In this document: one piece after another, positions 31,421 to 44,700 of the stretch
Layout of the letters: each line of letters begins with the position of its first letter
Position numbering within the stretch: the first letter of the stretch is position 1
Assembly (NCBI RefSeq): GCF_009914755.1
Contig: NC_060942.1
Source of the DNA: the human T2T-CHM13v2.0 reference genome, Homo sapiens
DNA: 64,000 nucleotides
Reading direction: 5' to 3' (one strand)
Made by a program: the position numbers and the translations under genes
The notes under the pieces: model-generated
What the model saw: only the letters and a program-made list of their open reading frames with translations
What the model was told of the DNA's origin: nothing
Database searches by the model: none

Positions 31421-33879
31421 AAATCCCCTCTTCTTAAACCCCTGCTGACTATATGCTCTGTCAACTCTGTCCACCTCTTTCTTGTTGTCATGATATTTAC
31501 TATGCCCCCAAACTCTTTTTTGGGAAAAAACCCCAACTGATTCATTTGTCATTCAATCTTGAAAAAAAACAAACAAATAAACAAAGGCTGAACTAGTTTC
31601 TGACTGTAAGGCAAGATTAGAAGTATCCATGCTGAGTCCAGGCATAGAAAATGCTTATATTTTTGTACCTGGCAGATGGCTAAAATTTTAGAATGAAAGC
31701 TATATGATCTGTTTCTATCTATATGTTTATGTATGCCTATATGTATGATATATATATGTGTGATCTTTTTCTATCTCCTAATGATATTGCCAAAACTAAA
31801 TTGTGAAAGAGCTCTATTTAATTGGCTTAAAGAAAAATATATGCTTATATAAATTAAATGTCCTCTCAGAAAAATAAGAACTAACCCAGATGCTTTCCAA
31901 ATTCATGTGGTTTGAATAATCTTTCATAAATAAGAATATTGTTGGTTTGATTAAAATAGGCATCTCTTTAGAGTTGTCATCATTAAATGGTACAGATGCA
32001 TGACTTTTCCTACCTACGTTTACCAGTAAAATAAGCTTTTTATTTCTGTATTTTAAAGTTTTTCAGCAAGAAAAATAACTTAAGATGATGGCTAGCTATT
32101 TAATGTCTTTTTTAAAATTAGAAATCCAAGCATAATTGTTAAAAACAAGTGAGTTAAATAGATATAAGGAAAATAGAATTCCTATATGAAAGACATCCTC
32201 CCTATACTACAAGGTTTAAACATTCTTAGAATCAAGAATGGATAGTTAAGGCTGAGAGAAGTCTTTATAAACAACAATTTAAATCTCAGGTCTAGCCATA
32301 AATCCTAATAGGGTAGAGATGAAATTTTGCCTTCTTTACAGTTTCTTGTTACAAAGAGACTGAAGATATTTGGGACTATTAGTAAACGTGTTCTGTGCCA
32401 CACTGACAAACTGTGCTATGAAAAAAACACATGCTTCTAGAATTTATGATTCATAGATTTTACAATCTGCAGATTTCTTGTGTACAGACAGTTCAGTATT
32501 GTTTACCTCTTATTGTCCATTAGAAATTAAGGCCACTAAGGATTAAGGATTCTAGTTCATATATGTAACTGAAATTACTAGGAATAAAGGAAATAACTCT
32601 ATTCAAATATGCAAGGAAGGTAAGGTGTGCTTTTGGCAAGGAAATGCTATAAGGTATGAGGGGTATTGTTTGTTATGGAAAAAAGTGTAATTTTTGTCCT
32701 GAAGTAGAATGACCGGTTGCTTTAAAATAAGAAAGAGGAAAAGTATGAAATAAAAAAACTAAATGGATAAGAAATTGTAGAAAGCTTGTGGAAGATGAAT
32801 CTTGTGAAAGGAATTTTGTGTGTGACCAAACTGGCTAAGATTAGAAGGGAATCATTCATAAGTTTTTCTAAAAATTAGCACTAATATCAAAAGTACATTG
32901 ATGCAAAACCAGAATTTGGTCACCTCTGTTAAAACAAAGTTTTCATAGAGTATTGGTCTGCTTATAGCAGGAAATTGTTGAAAGTTTTTCTTTAGCTTTT
33001 AGGTAATCCGCCTAGGAAACAAAGATCCTGTGTTTTACCAAGATGATTTCCTGTGCTTCATGTTGTCTTTATTAGGCTTTTGATCACTTAAGAAACTGAG
33101 TCCTGTCTATTGAAAGCGCTAAGGTTTTTCTACAATTATGTATCTTTCTGAATTTGCCTTTGAAGTCTTTTAATTAAATAAATGACTATTGCTTTCACAG
33201 TGACCTGTGATTCTATTTTAATCAGCTGTTTTAAAACCTTGATTTTTTTTGACAAATTTCCAATATTAAATTCTAAATTATTTTTTGACCTCAAATTAAC
33301 TTTGGGATTTTCCAAATGGTCTCTTGGAATATCTCAAAAGGGTATCTCTCCTTATAAAGAGTTATAGTAAACTAACTGGGCTTATTCGACATATTAAATT
33401 ATATGGGCAGCATTGTCAAATAATAACTAATACCAAACCTTTTTTGAGTTATATTTACATCAACGTGTTATTAATATGTGTTCTAGAAATTACATGAAAT
33501 TCCTAGAAATCGGATTATACCATTGAATTGGGTAAAAATTCCCAGAACTTTAATGAAAAAGACTGATTAGTTTTATAAAACTGCTAACCCAATATCAAGC
33601 AGGACAAGAATACATTGAATACCAAGGAAATGCTTTGGGGGATTTTCATGCTAAGTCAGCCAGTATGAAACTTGATTAGATATGCAATTTGAATGAACTC
33701 CACAAAATTGATCCAAGTCCAATTACCTATGATAACCTACTTAATCAACAGTGCTATACCCCTAAGTTGTAGAAATAAAACTGGTATTTAAGGTGATGTA
33801 AGTCCAATGTTAAGTGTGAGGAGCCTGGGCAGCTGCCTGGTCCTTCCTGAGTCTTCAATTTTTCCATTATTAAAAGCTC

Positions 33880-34530
33880 TGCACTCTATGACTCATCATG
33901 AAATAAATAAAATGATAAAAATGATTTTAAAAAGTGATGGGATGACTGTTCTAAAATTAATTAAATGGTTTGTAACCAATGTTTGATTTGTCAAATCCAT
34001 AATTCTGGTAAGACAATAAAAACTTCAGGTGATACATTTCTAGCACCTGTTGGATATTTGAACACTTACAGATGGATTTTCTTCAGTTGCCACTTTCCAT
34101 GCATGTTTTCTGCTTGCCTAAAAGATTTTCCATGCAGGAAGGCTAATGCTATAACAGTAGCTAAATGCTTACTAGAACATATGTTTTCCTTATGGGGCAT
34201 TCCTGGAGAATTTTCCAGTCATAGAGGTACTCATTTCACTGGACAAGTTGTAAAACAGTTAAGTAAGGTATTACAAACACAATGGTATTAAGCAAAGCTA
34301 ATAGAATCAATTGTATTACCTTGGTAAAAGGTATTACTGACTGATGGCAATCAGACCTACCCTTAGTGGAAAATACAGATTAACTCCTTATGAAATAGCT
34401 ACTGGAAGGCCTATCCTCCTAATAATAGAAGCTCACATGTCTCCTGCTCTTACAAACTCTGACATGACACAGTATTGCAAGGCTTTAATGCATTATGCCA
34501 AAGTACTAGAGAAAGATTGCCCTTGAACTC
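33880..34530 (+). pseudogene. ERV integrase remnant
   Basis: LHSMTHH ... CNQCLICQIHN (HHCC finger); WGIPGEFSSHRGTHFTGQVV (core, catalytic D degraded); KYRLTPYEIATGRP. Confidence 0.85.
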
Positions 34531-34769
34531 AATTGAAGGGATCATCCTAAGTTTTTCTCTGTAGCAAAATTTTAGGGCCTCGAGTCTTGGATCCTTGAGT
34601 TGTGGGGCTTCTCTCAACTCAAAAAGGCACCTCCAGACTCTTACAGGCTCACTGGAGACCTCAAGGTAAAACTGACCGGAGAGGTTTCTCTTCAGAAGCA
34701 GATGGCATCCTAGATGTTGACAGCTTTCCCAAAATCACAGATCATCAAGACTTCTCTCTTCTGTCACTG

Positions 34770-36050
34770 TAAGATCTTTGTCCTCTTTCTCCTTGTATTT
34801 GTTTTCTGTTTATATGTGGCAAGATAATGTGATAACTAAGATTTCATAATTGATAGCTTCTGCAGGGAACTTAACTGAATGCTGGGCAGATCATGTTAAA
34901 TCTAAATTATTATGTGACCTTAGAGATTCTCTGGTTCACCCTGTAACAAATTTCACTGATATTCCAAGTGTGGCTATCTGTTCAAATTGCTCATCTGGTC
35001 CTTTATGTAGGGTTAGGTTTTTAGATTTATGGGTTCAGATTCCCTGTTTAAATCTAAGAGTAGACAAAATCTATAATGAGGGTTTTGCAGTAAAATTATG
35101 CCAGAAATTGACTGAGAAAACCAAAGTAAAGATAATTCAACAGTTTGTAGACAAATTAATAACATTAATCCCTTAATTGTCAGTAGCCTCCAACCATGCA
35201 ATGATTCAATAATGGAGCCTTAGATAAATATTACTAGTGCTTCCCTACTGATGACTCTTAATGCATAAGACATCCCACAGGGATCTGTCTGTTGTGCCCC
35301 TCTAGGATATATTTTTATCTGTGCAAGATTTAATAACAACCATATGTGTGGGCAAGTTCATGTCTCAATAATTAAAAAATAAAAAGGACCAATGTGGATT
35401 AAGGATCCTAATAATAGTGTCACTCCATAACCAATTGGAAACTTCACATTGGTCTAAACCTCGTAATTTGTAGTATGAAATAAAGAGGAATTTGCCAGAA
35501 GGTATAAATGCCTCTAAATGGGCATCTTTTGGCAGAATACTCCTTTCTTGGTTTGGTATAAATGTAAATAAAGTTTGATTAGAAATCTATGTTAAACATT
35601 AGCTACTATAGCTGACTCTACTGAAAAGGATATAGTTATCCAGCAAACTTCTTTAAATTTTCTTGCTTGAGTTGTTTTAGATAACATAATTGCTTTGGAC
35701 TATCTGTTGGCTGAATGGGGGGAGTGTGTGTGATAGCTAACACCTCCTGCTGCACTTGGATAAATACATCTGGTATGGCAGAAACTCCGTTGCAAGAAAT
35801 CAACAAACAAGCTACTTGATTAAAACAAGTAGATTCCTTTTCTGGTTCATTTTTGATATATTTGATTTTGACCAGTTCAATCTGTGGGGGCCCCTGTTAA
35901 GGAATATACTTCAATCTCTCAGCATTATTTTCTGATAACCATCATAATAGTCTCCCTGAGGATATGTGCCATATCCTCTCAGGAGGTTTAAATGTTCATA
36001 TGTAGCCATCCGTTGTATGTCAAATGGTCTCACTACAGTTAGAAAAACAA
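34770..36050 (+). pseudogene. ERV env remnant (gamma-type SU/TM)
   Basis: Furin-like IKR at ~35480; heptad region; ISD VVLDNIIALDYLLAE from 35671; after a frameshift GGVCVIANTSCCTWINTSG (CX6CC); many stops. Confidence 0.85.
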
Positions 36051-36214
36051 AAATATGAAGAGAATATAAAGAGTCATCCAAGTGACTTGTTGTTGTGAAG
36101 TATGAATCTCATACTGAGAACAAACAACCATTGTTATGGTGACAGAGGGTGGCATCAATGCCCAAGGTTTTGGTCAATCTCTCAAAATGGAGAAGGAGAC
36201 CAAAGAGGGGAAAT

Positions 36215-36578
36215 TGTTTTAAATTAATTTTGGCTTAAAGCTGTTTCTGTATGTAACAACTGCAACCTAACTTAAGAGTATATTCTGGTGATAAGTAGCT
36301 GAGTCTCAGCCAATCATAGCAGCTGAGCTTCAGCCAATCATAGCAGCTGAGCTTCAGCCAATGAAAGGTTGCCGACTGATCAGACCACGTCCATATAAGG
36401 CAAACGCTGAGCTGTAACCAATCAAGCTGTTTCTGTTGTCACTTTATTTTTCTGTCTGTAAATATGCCTGCCCACATTGCTGGGTAGAGGAGGTTCTAAG
36501 TGCTTCCCAATTCATAAATTGTTCTCTGCTCAAATAAACTCTGCTAAATTTAATTTGTCTAAACTTTTTCTTTTAGCA
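36215..36578 (+). mobile_element. 3' LTR (MER57-type), complete TG...CA
   Basis: Follows the PPT; CCAAT repeats; aataaa at ~36533; ends cttttagca. Confidence 0.88.
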
Positions 36579-37052
36579 TGTCTGGCTTCTCTCTCCTACA
36601 AGCCAAACATAATTAGGCACAAGATTAATTGCAAGACATGAAAGGAAAAATGTGATGACTTAGGGTAATCATGGCATAGGATAAGTTGCACATTACTAAT
36701 TTAAACTATGACACTCAGGGCCATCCCTGGGGTTGTGTAGGGTTCTACGCCCCTTCTTTTAGCATTTGTGTTAAAGCAATTAGGTACCAAAGATTATCGT
36801 AAGAAGCCTTGAAAGGAAAACATAGAAAAATGTGAGGGGGAAGCCCAGCCATTTTTCCTAGTGATATTGAAGGCTTTGTAGACCTTTGAGTTGCCAAGGC
36901 CATCGTCCTCTCACCCACCAACTTCTTTTGAGAACAATTCTTGACTAATTTCCTGCTCATCATTAGTTAAGTTATTAGAAACATAAATATGTGTTTCCAT
37001 TTTTAATGATTGTTAAACTATAAAAAGGTTCTTGGTTATTTCCTTTCTTTGA

Positions 37053-37399
<347 letters not shown>

Positions 37400-37829
37400 T
37401 AATATTTCTTTTGAATGTAGCAAAGCAAATCTTATTTTAAAATTTGCTGGCGATAACCCATTCACTAAGTGTAATTTGAGTTATCAGATTTTTTTTTTCT
37501 AGTGTGGATTGTATGCAATAGGCTTCTGAGAGAATGATTGCCCTGTTCTTCCTCCCCTACCCCAACCACACAGACACACACAGAAGGAGAATGGTCCCCA
37601 AGTCTGCAAGCAGGAAAAAACCTCAACTGAAGGATACAGAACCTTAAATTAGAGAAGGGGAAACAGTTGTTTAGGAAGATGTCTATATCAAGACCACTAA
37701 AAATTTAAGATTATAAATGAGTGCTACAAAAATTCTTTCTTATCTGCCTTTGTGTATCCAAGGTAGAGAAGGGTATAATGAAAAGTGTGTTTCCTCAGTG
37801 AGCATCCTATAGTTATGATGCAATTTTCA

Positions 37830-37975
37830 AAAGCTCTGTGAGCCAGAAAATGTGAATTCTAGTCTCGGCTTCAACACCAATTAGCTGGTGATTTTGGACC
37901 ATTTCCCCTTCAGTTTCCTTGTGCATAAGCTGATGGAGCTGGTTATAAGTAATTCTAAAATCCTTTCCAGCTCTC
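37830..37975 (+). mobile_element. MIR3 SINE
   Basis: aattctagtctcggcttcaacaccaattagctggtg ... cttcagtttcct ... ctaaaatcctttccagctct. Confidence 0.6.
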
Positions 37976-38125
37976 ATCTCCTGTTGTTCAAACAGAGTGT
38001 TATCTGAGTTTCAGTCTGAGGCGTATCAGAAATGAGCCAGAGTTGAACTACCAGATTCCATGGAAGCGAGTTGCACTCCTTATAATATGAACACTCTCTC
38101 CACTGGGCATGAGCTTGCTGAGGAG

Positions 38126-38200
38126 TGACAAAAGTTTCTTTGCTTGACCAAACTTAAGTCTCTTGAAACTTGTCCAAACAGGATCATCTGCCTCTCTGTT
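38126..38200 (+). mobile_element. Short MER31/MER67-like LTR 5' fragment
   Basis: tgacaaaagtttctttgcttgaccaaactt resembles the MER31-type LTR start. Confidence 0.35.
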
Positions 38201-39512
38201 TTACTTTTCTTTCCCAGTAGCCAAAAACTAGGGTTCTGAACAAGTTCAGAGGCTCACCCACCTCTTTCTGAGTCACTGCTTTCTAAGACAACACTCTGAT
38301 TTTCCTTGGAGTGTGTCCATTCAGGCACTGACCAGTATTGAACCTATTTAGCTTATAAGACCTGGCAGTTTCATAGCCAAAGGTGGATTGAGAGGCAGTT
38401 CATCAAAGTTCAAATCATGATAAGAGATCCGGCATGAAATGGGAGGCTGGACTTGCCAATAAAGAGAGGTATTCTTTTGGGAAAGGTTGGCATGTTTATG
38501 ATTCTTGAGGTTATGTGAGCTCAGTTTTTCCCCTTAAACATCTGCCACAGGTGCTGGGGAAACACTGCTTGTATTTTTGTATGAACATGGTGTAAATAAT
38601 GTCCACTTTCAATAAACTTTTAAAAATGAAACAGCTGCCATGCAGGGCTTAAAAACAACTTGTGACTTCCCGCAAGTCTGAGAGGACGTTATCACTATTC
38701 TCCATTTAAAAATGTTACCCCTCCTGTCACCTTCACCATGGGTCTATAGCCCTATAAAGTTCATAGCCCTCGACTCTGTTTTTCACAAATGCATTGCAAT
38801 GGCTTCAATAAACAAATAAACCACTTTTTCTGTCTTCTTGGAGGAAATGCTGAAGCTGGAGCATTTAGCACTGTCCTGGTGAAAACACTCTATGCCTTAT
38901 AATTAAAAAAAAAAAAACAAACAAACAACTCTGGTACTCAGGGGGAGTAGGGGGAGGCTTTCAAAAATGTGTGTAACTGCCTCTCTTTGTATGTTGTTTG
39001 TCATATGTTGTAAGCCACAACAGCTAGGACTTTATCTTCTAAATTCTTCTATGATTCCTGAAGATTTGGCCTTGGGCAAGGAAGCAATCTGTAAAGCCTG
39101 TGCATGCAGTACATATTAAGTGTGAGTTTTCAGGCACTTATACATGTTTTCTTTCTTAACCACACAGGATTTTCTTTTTCACAATTCCAATAGAGTTAAA
39201 GGCAGAGAAAAGTTTTCCTTCTATGCAACAATAGGCTCTGCGCACATCCTGGGAGCAGATCTGTAGCATCCGAGAGACAATGGGGTTCTATTCTCACTTT
39301 TAATAGAATGAATGTGGTTTACTCTTTAAAGATTTTATTTCAAAAGATAAGATGTGAAATGATGGAACAAAAATAATCCAGAACATTTTGCATGTTATGT
39401 GATTTTTTGGTGTGTGTTTAAAGACTCTTAATAGCCACTAGATTAATTGGTTGAGTCAAAGTTTGTTTATGCAGATTACCAGTTTACCACTGTTATCCTG
39501 GTGAATTAAGGC

Positions 39513-39711
39513 CAGTGGTTTTCAACCAAGGTAAATTTGCCCCCCCAAGGGACACTTAGCAATGTCTGGAAACATTTTTGGTTGTTACAACCGGGAGAGA
39601 AATGCGACTGGCATCTAATGGGTAGAGGCCAGAGATGCTGCTAAACATCCTCCTGCCGAACACACACAACAAGGAACCATCCTATTGAAATGTCAAAATT
39701 GAGAAATATTG
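39513..39711 (+). mobile_element. MER20 (hAT-Charlie DNA transposon)
   Basis: cagtggttttcaacc ... gcaatgtctggaaacatttttggttgttacaac ... gggtagaggccagagatgctgctaaacatcct. Confidence 0.9.
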
Positions 39712-41212
39712 GGGAAAAAAGTGACAGCGAGCACAGGGTTGAAGACCAAGAGGTTAAAGAGGGCATAGGGGATCAACTTGAAGAGTGCCATCTTCAAATG
39801 CCAGTTCCTGGCCCATCATCAAGCAAGAAAGAGAATCCTTCTTCAAGGATACCATAATAGAGTTTTACACAATAGCAGAACTGATAACTGATGACCTCAC
39901 CCCACTGATTGGCCCAGATCCCTATGGTGTCTCTACCACTCCTTAAGCCATCTCTACTAGGCAGATCCTGACATCCACGAAGGATAGTTATAGAATTCTC
40001 TGAGTATTTCCATGGTTCACTCCCTTGATTTTTTAATTATTTATAAGAATATTTGTTTATTTATAAGAAGATACAAGCTAATGATGGCCATTTAAAAAAT
40101 ACAGAAAGTATGTAAAGTCAGACAGAATCTTCTGTCTAGTCTTTAATCATTCCCCCATTTTGCTAATGTAACATTATTCAAACCTATTTACAAGTAGTTT
40201 TACTTCCCATTTTACCTCCAAATACTGCAATTATTGTGAAATTTTTTTATTTAACAAATATAGCACTTTTTGATCTTAAATCATATAGATTGATCTTGTA
40301 ATTTTTAAATTGGCTGTGTAATATTCTGTAGAATAAATGTACCATAATTTATTCAACTATACATCTTCTATCGATCTGTTCTTTCAGTTTTTCTTTCTGT
40401 TATAAACTGCAAAAATAAACACATTTGTACATATAATTTCAAGTACTAGTATTTTTATCTATTTATTAGTACTCTTATTTCTGTTGGATTCCCAAATGGG
40501 ATGGCTGGGACATAGATTATGCATTTTTTTCAAAGTATTACTATTTTTATTATGGTATAGAGTTGTACTTTATATATTAGCTCATTTTATAGTAAAAATT
40601 TTTTATTTTATGTGCAACTGTAGAAAAACTGCTGCATTTTGTTTTTCTGTAGAAAATAGTAAAAATGATTACATTTCCCAGGCTAGCCCAACAAGCTCAT
40701 TTAAACCAAATAGTACCTGAATACACTATACACTTATAAATATGGTTTGATTTCTTGGATCCCAGGGAAAACTTTAGTTTCATTTATCGAAACAGCCATG
40801 TTTTTCTTTAAGTTACGTGAAGTGAAATTCCTATTAATCTTCCCTTTTAGTCTTGATTTATGCCTGATTATTTTTCTTTATGCTAATCCACAATCCATAA
40901 CAAGGTTTTTGCTGTTCTTTTCTGAAGGACAGATACGATATGGTTTAATCTGCTTGATAAGGTACCCATACCTATCCAAATAATGAAATATCTTGGTTGT
41001 TATTAAAGCATGCCCAATATTTGGGCAAAACCAGAACCTAATAAATTTCCCTGTCCCCTAATACACACAACTTAATGGGAAGCCATGAGGAACAGGAGTA
41101 AAGTGATAAAACTGGCAAGTGGATCAAGAGAATTCTCAAACCAGAGGCAAGAAACATCTAATCAGGATTCAAAGACAGAACCGAAGTTCAAATAGAAAAA
41201 GGGTGGTTTTGC

Positions 41213-41510
41213 TTTTTTTTTTTTTTTTGAGGCTGAGTCTCGCTCTGTTTTCCAGGCTGAAGTGCAGTGGCGCAATCTTGGCCCACTGCAAGATCTGCCT
41301 CCCGGGTTAGCATGATTCTGGTGCCTCAGCCTCCTGAGTAGCCGAGATTACAGGTACCCGCCATCATGCCAGACTAATTTTCTTATTTTTATTAGAGACA
41401 GGGTTTCACCATGTTGGCCAGGCTGGTCTCAAACTCCTGACCTCAAGTAATCCACCTGCCTTGGCCTCTCAAAGTACTGGGATTACAGGCATGAGCCACT
41501 GTGTCTGGCT
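41213..41510 (-). mobile_element. Alu SINE (Sx/Sz-like)
   Basis: Poly-T then gagtctcgctctg ... ctcctgacctcaagt ... gagccactgtgtctggct. Confidence 0.95.
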
Positions 41511-41799
41511 AAAGGATGTTGCCTCAAGGATCAGGAGCTAAACTGGCTATCAGAGCTCCTAGAGATTATGCATTTCTAACTCTTAACATTACTGCTATTA
41601 TGTTTTTAGAAGTTGTAGTGATGTAACCTCAATGAGTACTCATTTTCCCACAATTTTGGCAGTAAAAGTTAGTCAACTTCTAGATTATTTAATATCATCC
41701 AATACATTCTTATATCATAACACTATAAAATAGCCCACTATTGTTTCTTGTATCATGTGCAGATATATATGTGTGTACACATATATGTATATTACAACA

Positions 41800-44700
41800 T
41801 TTATTCCTTTAATTTGGACTTTATATATGATGTGAAATAAAGGTCTAATTCTTATTGTTCAGAATGGAAAACCAAACTAGGCTCAAACTGATTAAATAGT
41901 TTGAGCCTATCTCATCGCCATAGATTTGAAATTTGATCTTTATCATATACTAAGTTTTCATAATACCAGTATTTGTTTCTGAGCATTCACTTATGTTAAT
42001 TATTTTCACTTCTGCCAATACCATACTGTTTTGATTCTTGTAGCTTTATAATAAATTGTGATATCTACCAAGGCAAGTTGCTCTTGTTTTTTTTAATTGT
42101 GATAAAATATACATAATATAAAACGGACCATTTCAACTATTTTTAAGTGTGCAGTTCAGTGGCATTAAGTACATTCATGTTGTGCAACCATCACCATCCA
42201 TCTCCAGAACTTTTTCACCTTCTGCAGCTGAAACTCTGTGCCCATTAAACACTAACTCCCCATTCCTCTCTCCTGCTAGCCCCTAGCAGCCACTATTCTA
42301 CTTTTTGTCTCTATGAATTTGACTACCCTAGGTACCCTATATAAGTGGAATCATACATTTGTCCTTTGTGACTGGCTTATTTTACTCAGCATAATGTCGT
42401 CAAGGTATATCCATGCTTGCAGCGTGTGTATTACTTTCCCTTTTAAGGCTAAATAACATTCCATTGTAGGTATAAACTGCTATTCATTCATCATACACAG
42501 ATTTTTGGGTTACTTTCATCTTTTGGCTATTGTGAATGCTGCTGCTATAAACATGGGTGTATAGTATTTCTTCAAATCTGTGCTTTCACTTCCTTTTGGT
42601 ATATATTTAGATGTGGAATTGCTGGATCATATAGTAGTTTCATGTTTCATTTTTTGAGGAATCACCAAGCCACTTCCTACAGCACCTGCACCATTTTACT
42701 TTCCCACCTGCCATGCACAAGGATTCTCATTTCTCCCCATCTTTGCTAATGCTTAATTTCTATTTTTTTAAATAATAATGTTGTAGTAAATATAAAGTGG
42801 TATTTCACTGTGGATTTGATTTGCATTTTCCTAATGATTGGTGATGCTGAGCTTCTTTTCATGTGCTTGTGGCCCATTTGTGTATCTTCTTCAGAGAAGC
42901 GTCTATTCAAATCCTTTGCCCAGTTTTCAACTGGGTTGTTTATTTTTGCTGTTGTTTGTATTAGAGTTCTTTATTTACTCTGGAAAGCAATCTATTATCA
43001 GATAGATGATTTTCAAATATTTTCTTCCATAATTTGGGCTGCTTTTTCACTCTGTTAGTGTTCTTTAATGCATAAAATTTTTAATTAGATGAAGTCTATC
43101 CTATTTTTTCTTTTGTTGCCTGTGCTTTAAGTATCATAGCCAAGAAATCATGGCCAAATCCAATGTCATGTAGTTTTCTCCCTATGTTTTCTTCTAAGAG
43201 TTTTATAGTTTTAGCTGTTCTATTTACGTCTTGATCCATTTTGAGCTAATTTTTGTATGTGGTTAAGGTGAGGGTTCAACCTCGTTTTTTTGCATGTTAA
43301 TATTCAGTTTTCCCATCACGTTAGAAATGTCTGTTCTCCATTGAATAGTCTTGGCATCCTTGCTGAAATTCATTTGACCATATCTGTGAGGGTTGAATTC
43401 TGGGCTCTATTTTGTTGTGTGGGGCTATATGTCTGTCTTTGTGTCAGTGCCACATTGCTTTGACTATCACAGCTTTGTAGTAAGTTTTCATCTTGTTTTA
43501 AAATTTTACTTATTTCTCAAAAATGTCATGGCTATTCTTACCCATGTTCTATTCAGGTTGAAGTTTAGAATAAATTTGTCTGTTGGGCTTTGGAATAATA
43601 AATAGAAAAATCTGGGAATAATTGGTAGCTTCACAGTATGGCTTTTACTATCTAGGATCACAGCTGTTCTCTTTTTTTATTCAGATTTTGTTATATTCCT
43701 ATATAAAGTTTTATAATTTTCACCGTCTTGCATATTATTAGTTTTGTTAGTTCTTATTAGTTTTTCAAATAGATATGTTGATCTTTTAATGAAGTTTTTT
43801 TCTCATTACATTTTCTTATTAATCATTTTTGGAGCTGACAAAAGATTGTGTTTTAACTTTGGTGTTTTATCTAATTATCTAATTGAACATCTTTATTTGT
43901 TTTAATATTGTTCCATTTTTTCTCTTGAATTATTTGGATATATTAGATTATAATATTGCCCACAAATAATGTTGTCTTTTAAATTCTAATACTTATCTCA
44001 TTAATTGCTCATGTCTTATGATGTTGGCTGGTGCCTAGTGCATAGCATTTCTTAGCAGTAGTCATAACAGGCATTATTGTCGTTTTCTTGAGTGTATCTA
44101 ATGTTCACCAACAAGTACGATGGTAGCTACAGGTTTCTGATTGAGAGCCTTCATCCAATAAGAAAGTATTTTCCTATGTTTAGAAAAAAATACTGAACTT
44201 TACCATGTAATGTATCAAACTGGATTGAGATAATCATTATTTTTATCTTTAATTTCTTAAGGTGCTAAATTGTATTCTTATTTTCCTAATTTTGAACCAT
44301 CCTCATGGTCCTGGAATAAACCTTCCTTGGTCACTTTGTTTTGCATTATAATGCTTTACTAGATTCAATTTAATAATATGCGATTTAAGACTTTTTGCAT
44401 TTATATTCATGAGTTAGGCTGATGCATCATTTTCTTTCCTGTGCTCTGTTGCTATTGGGAGTTTTGCTCACTTTCTGCTGTGAGTTAGACTCTTTTTTTT
44501 TTGGCTATGGAATATCTTAAGTAATAGAAATTATTTGTTTTTGAAGAATTAGTAAAACTCAAAACAGGAAGGTGACCCATTTCTGTTTCTCGAAGGAGTT
44601 CTGTTTCTTCAACTATATTTTTAGTGCCTTTTCTGGTTATTGGTCTAGTTACTATTAAAAAACAAAACAAAACAGAAAAACCTTTCTTGACTAAATTTTG

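Larger units (their letters stand above)
29552..36578 (+). mobile_element. ERV1 provirus with two MER57-type LTRs (MER4-group, defective)
   Basis: Homologous LTRs at both ends (taacttaagagtatattct, agctgagcttcagccaatc, aaggcaaa..ctgagctgtaaccaatc); polypurine tract accaaagaggggaaat before the 3' LTR; gag, IN and env remnants in order. Confidence 0.88.

Noticed and set aside
41765-41786. Palindrome atatatgtgt-gt-acacatatat
   Set aside because: Low-complexity TA/CA repeat, so self-complementarity is trivial
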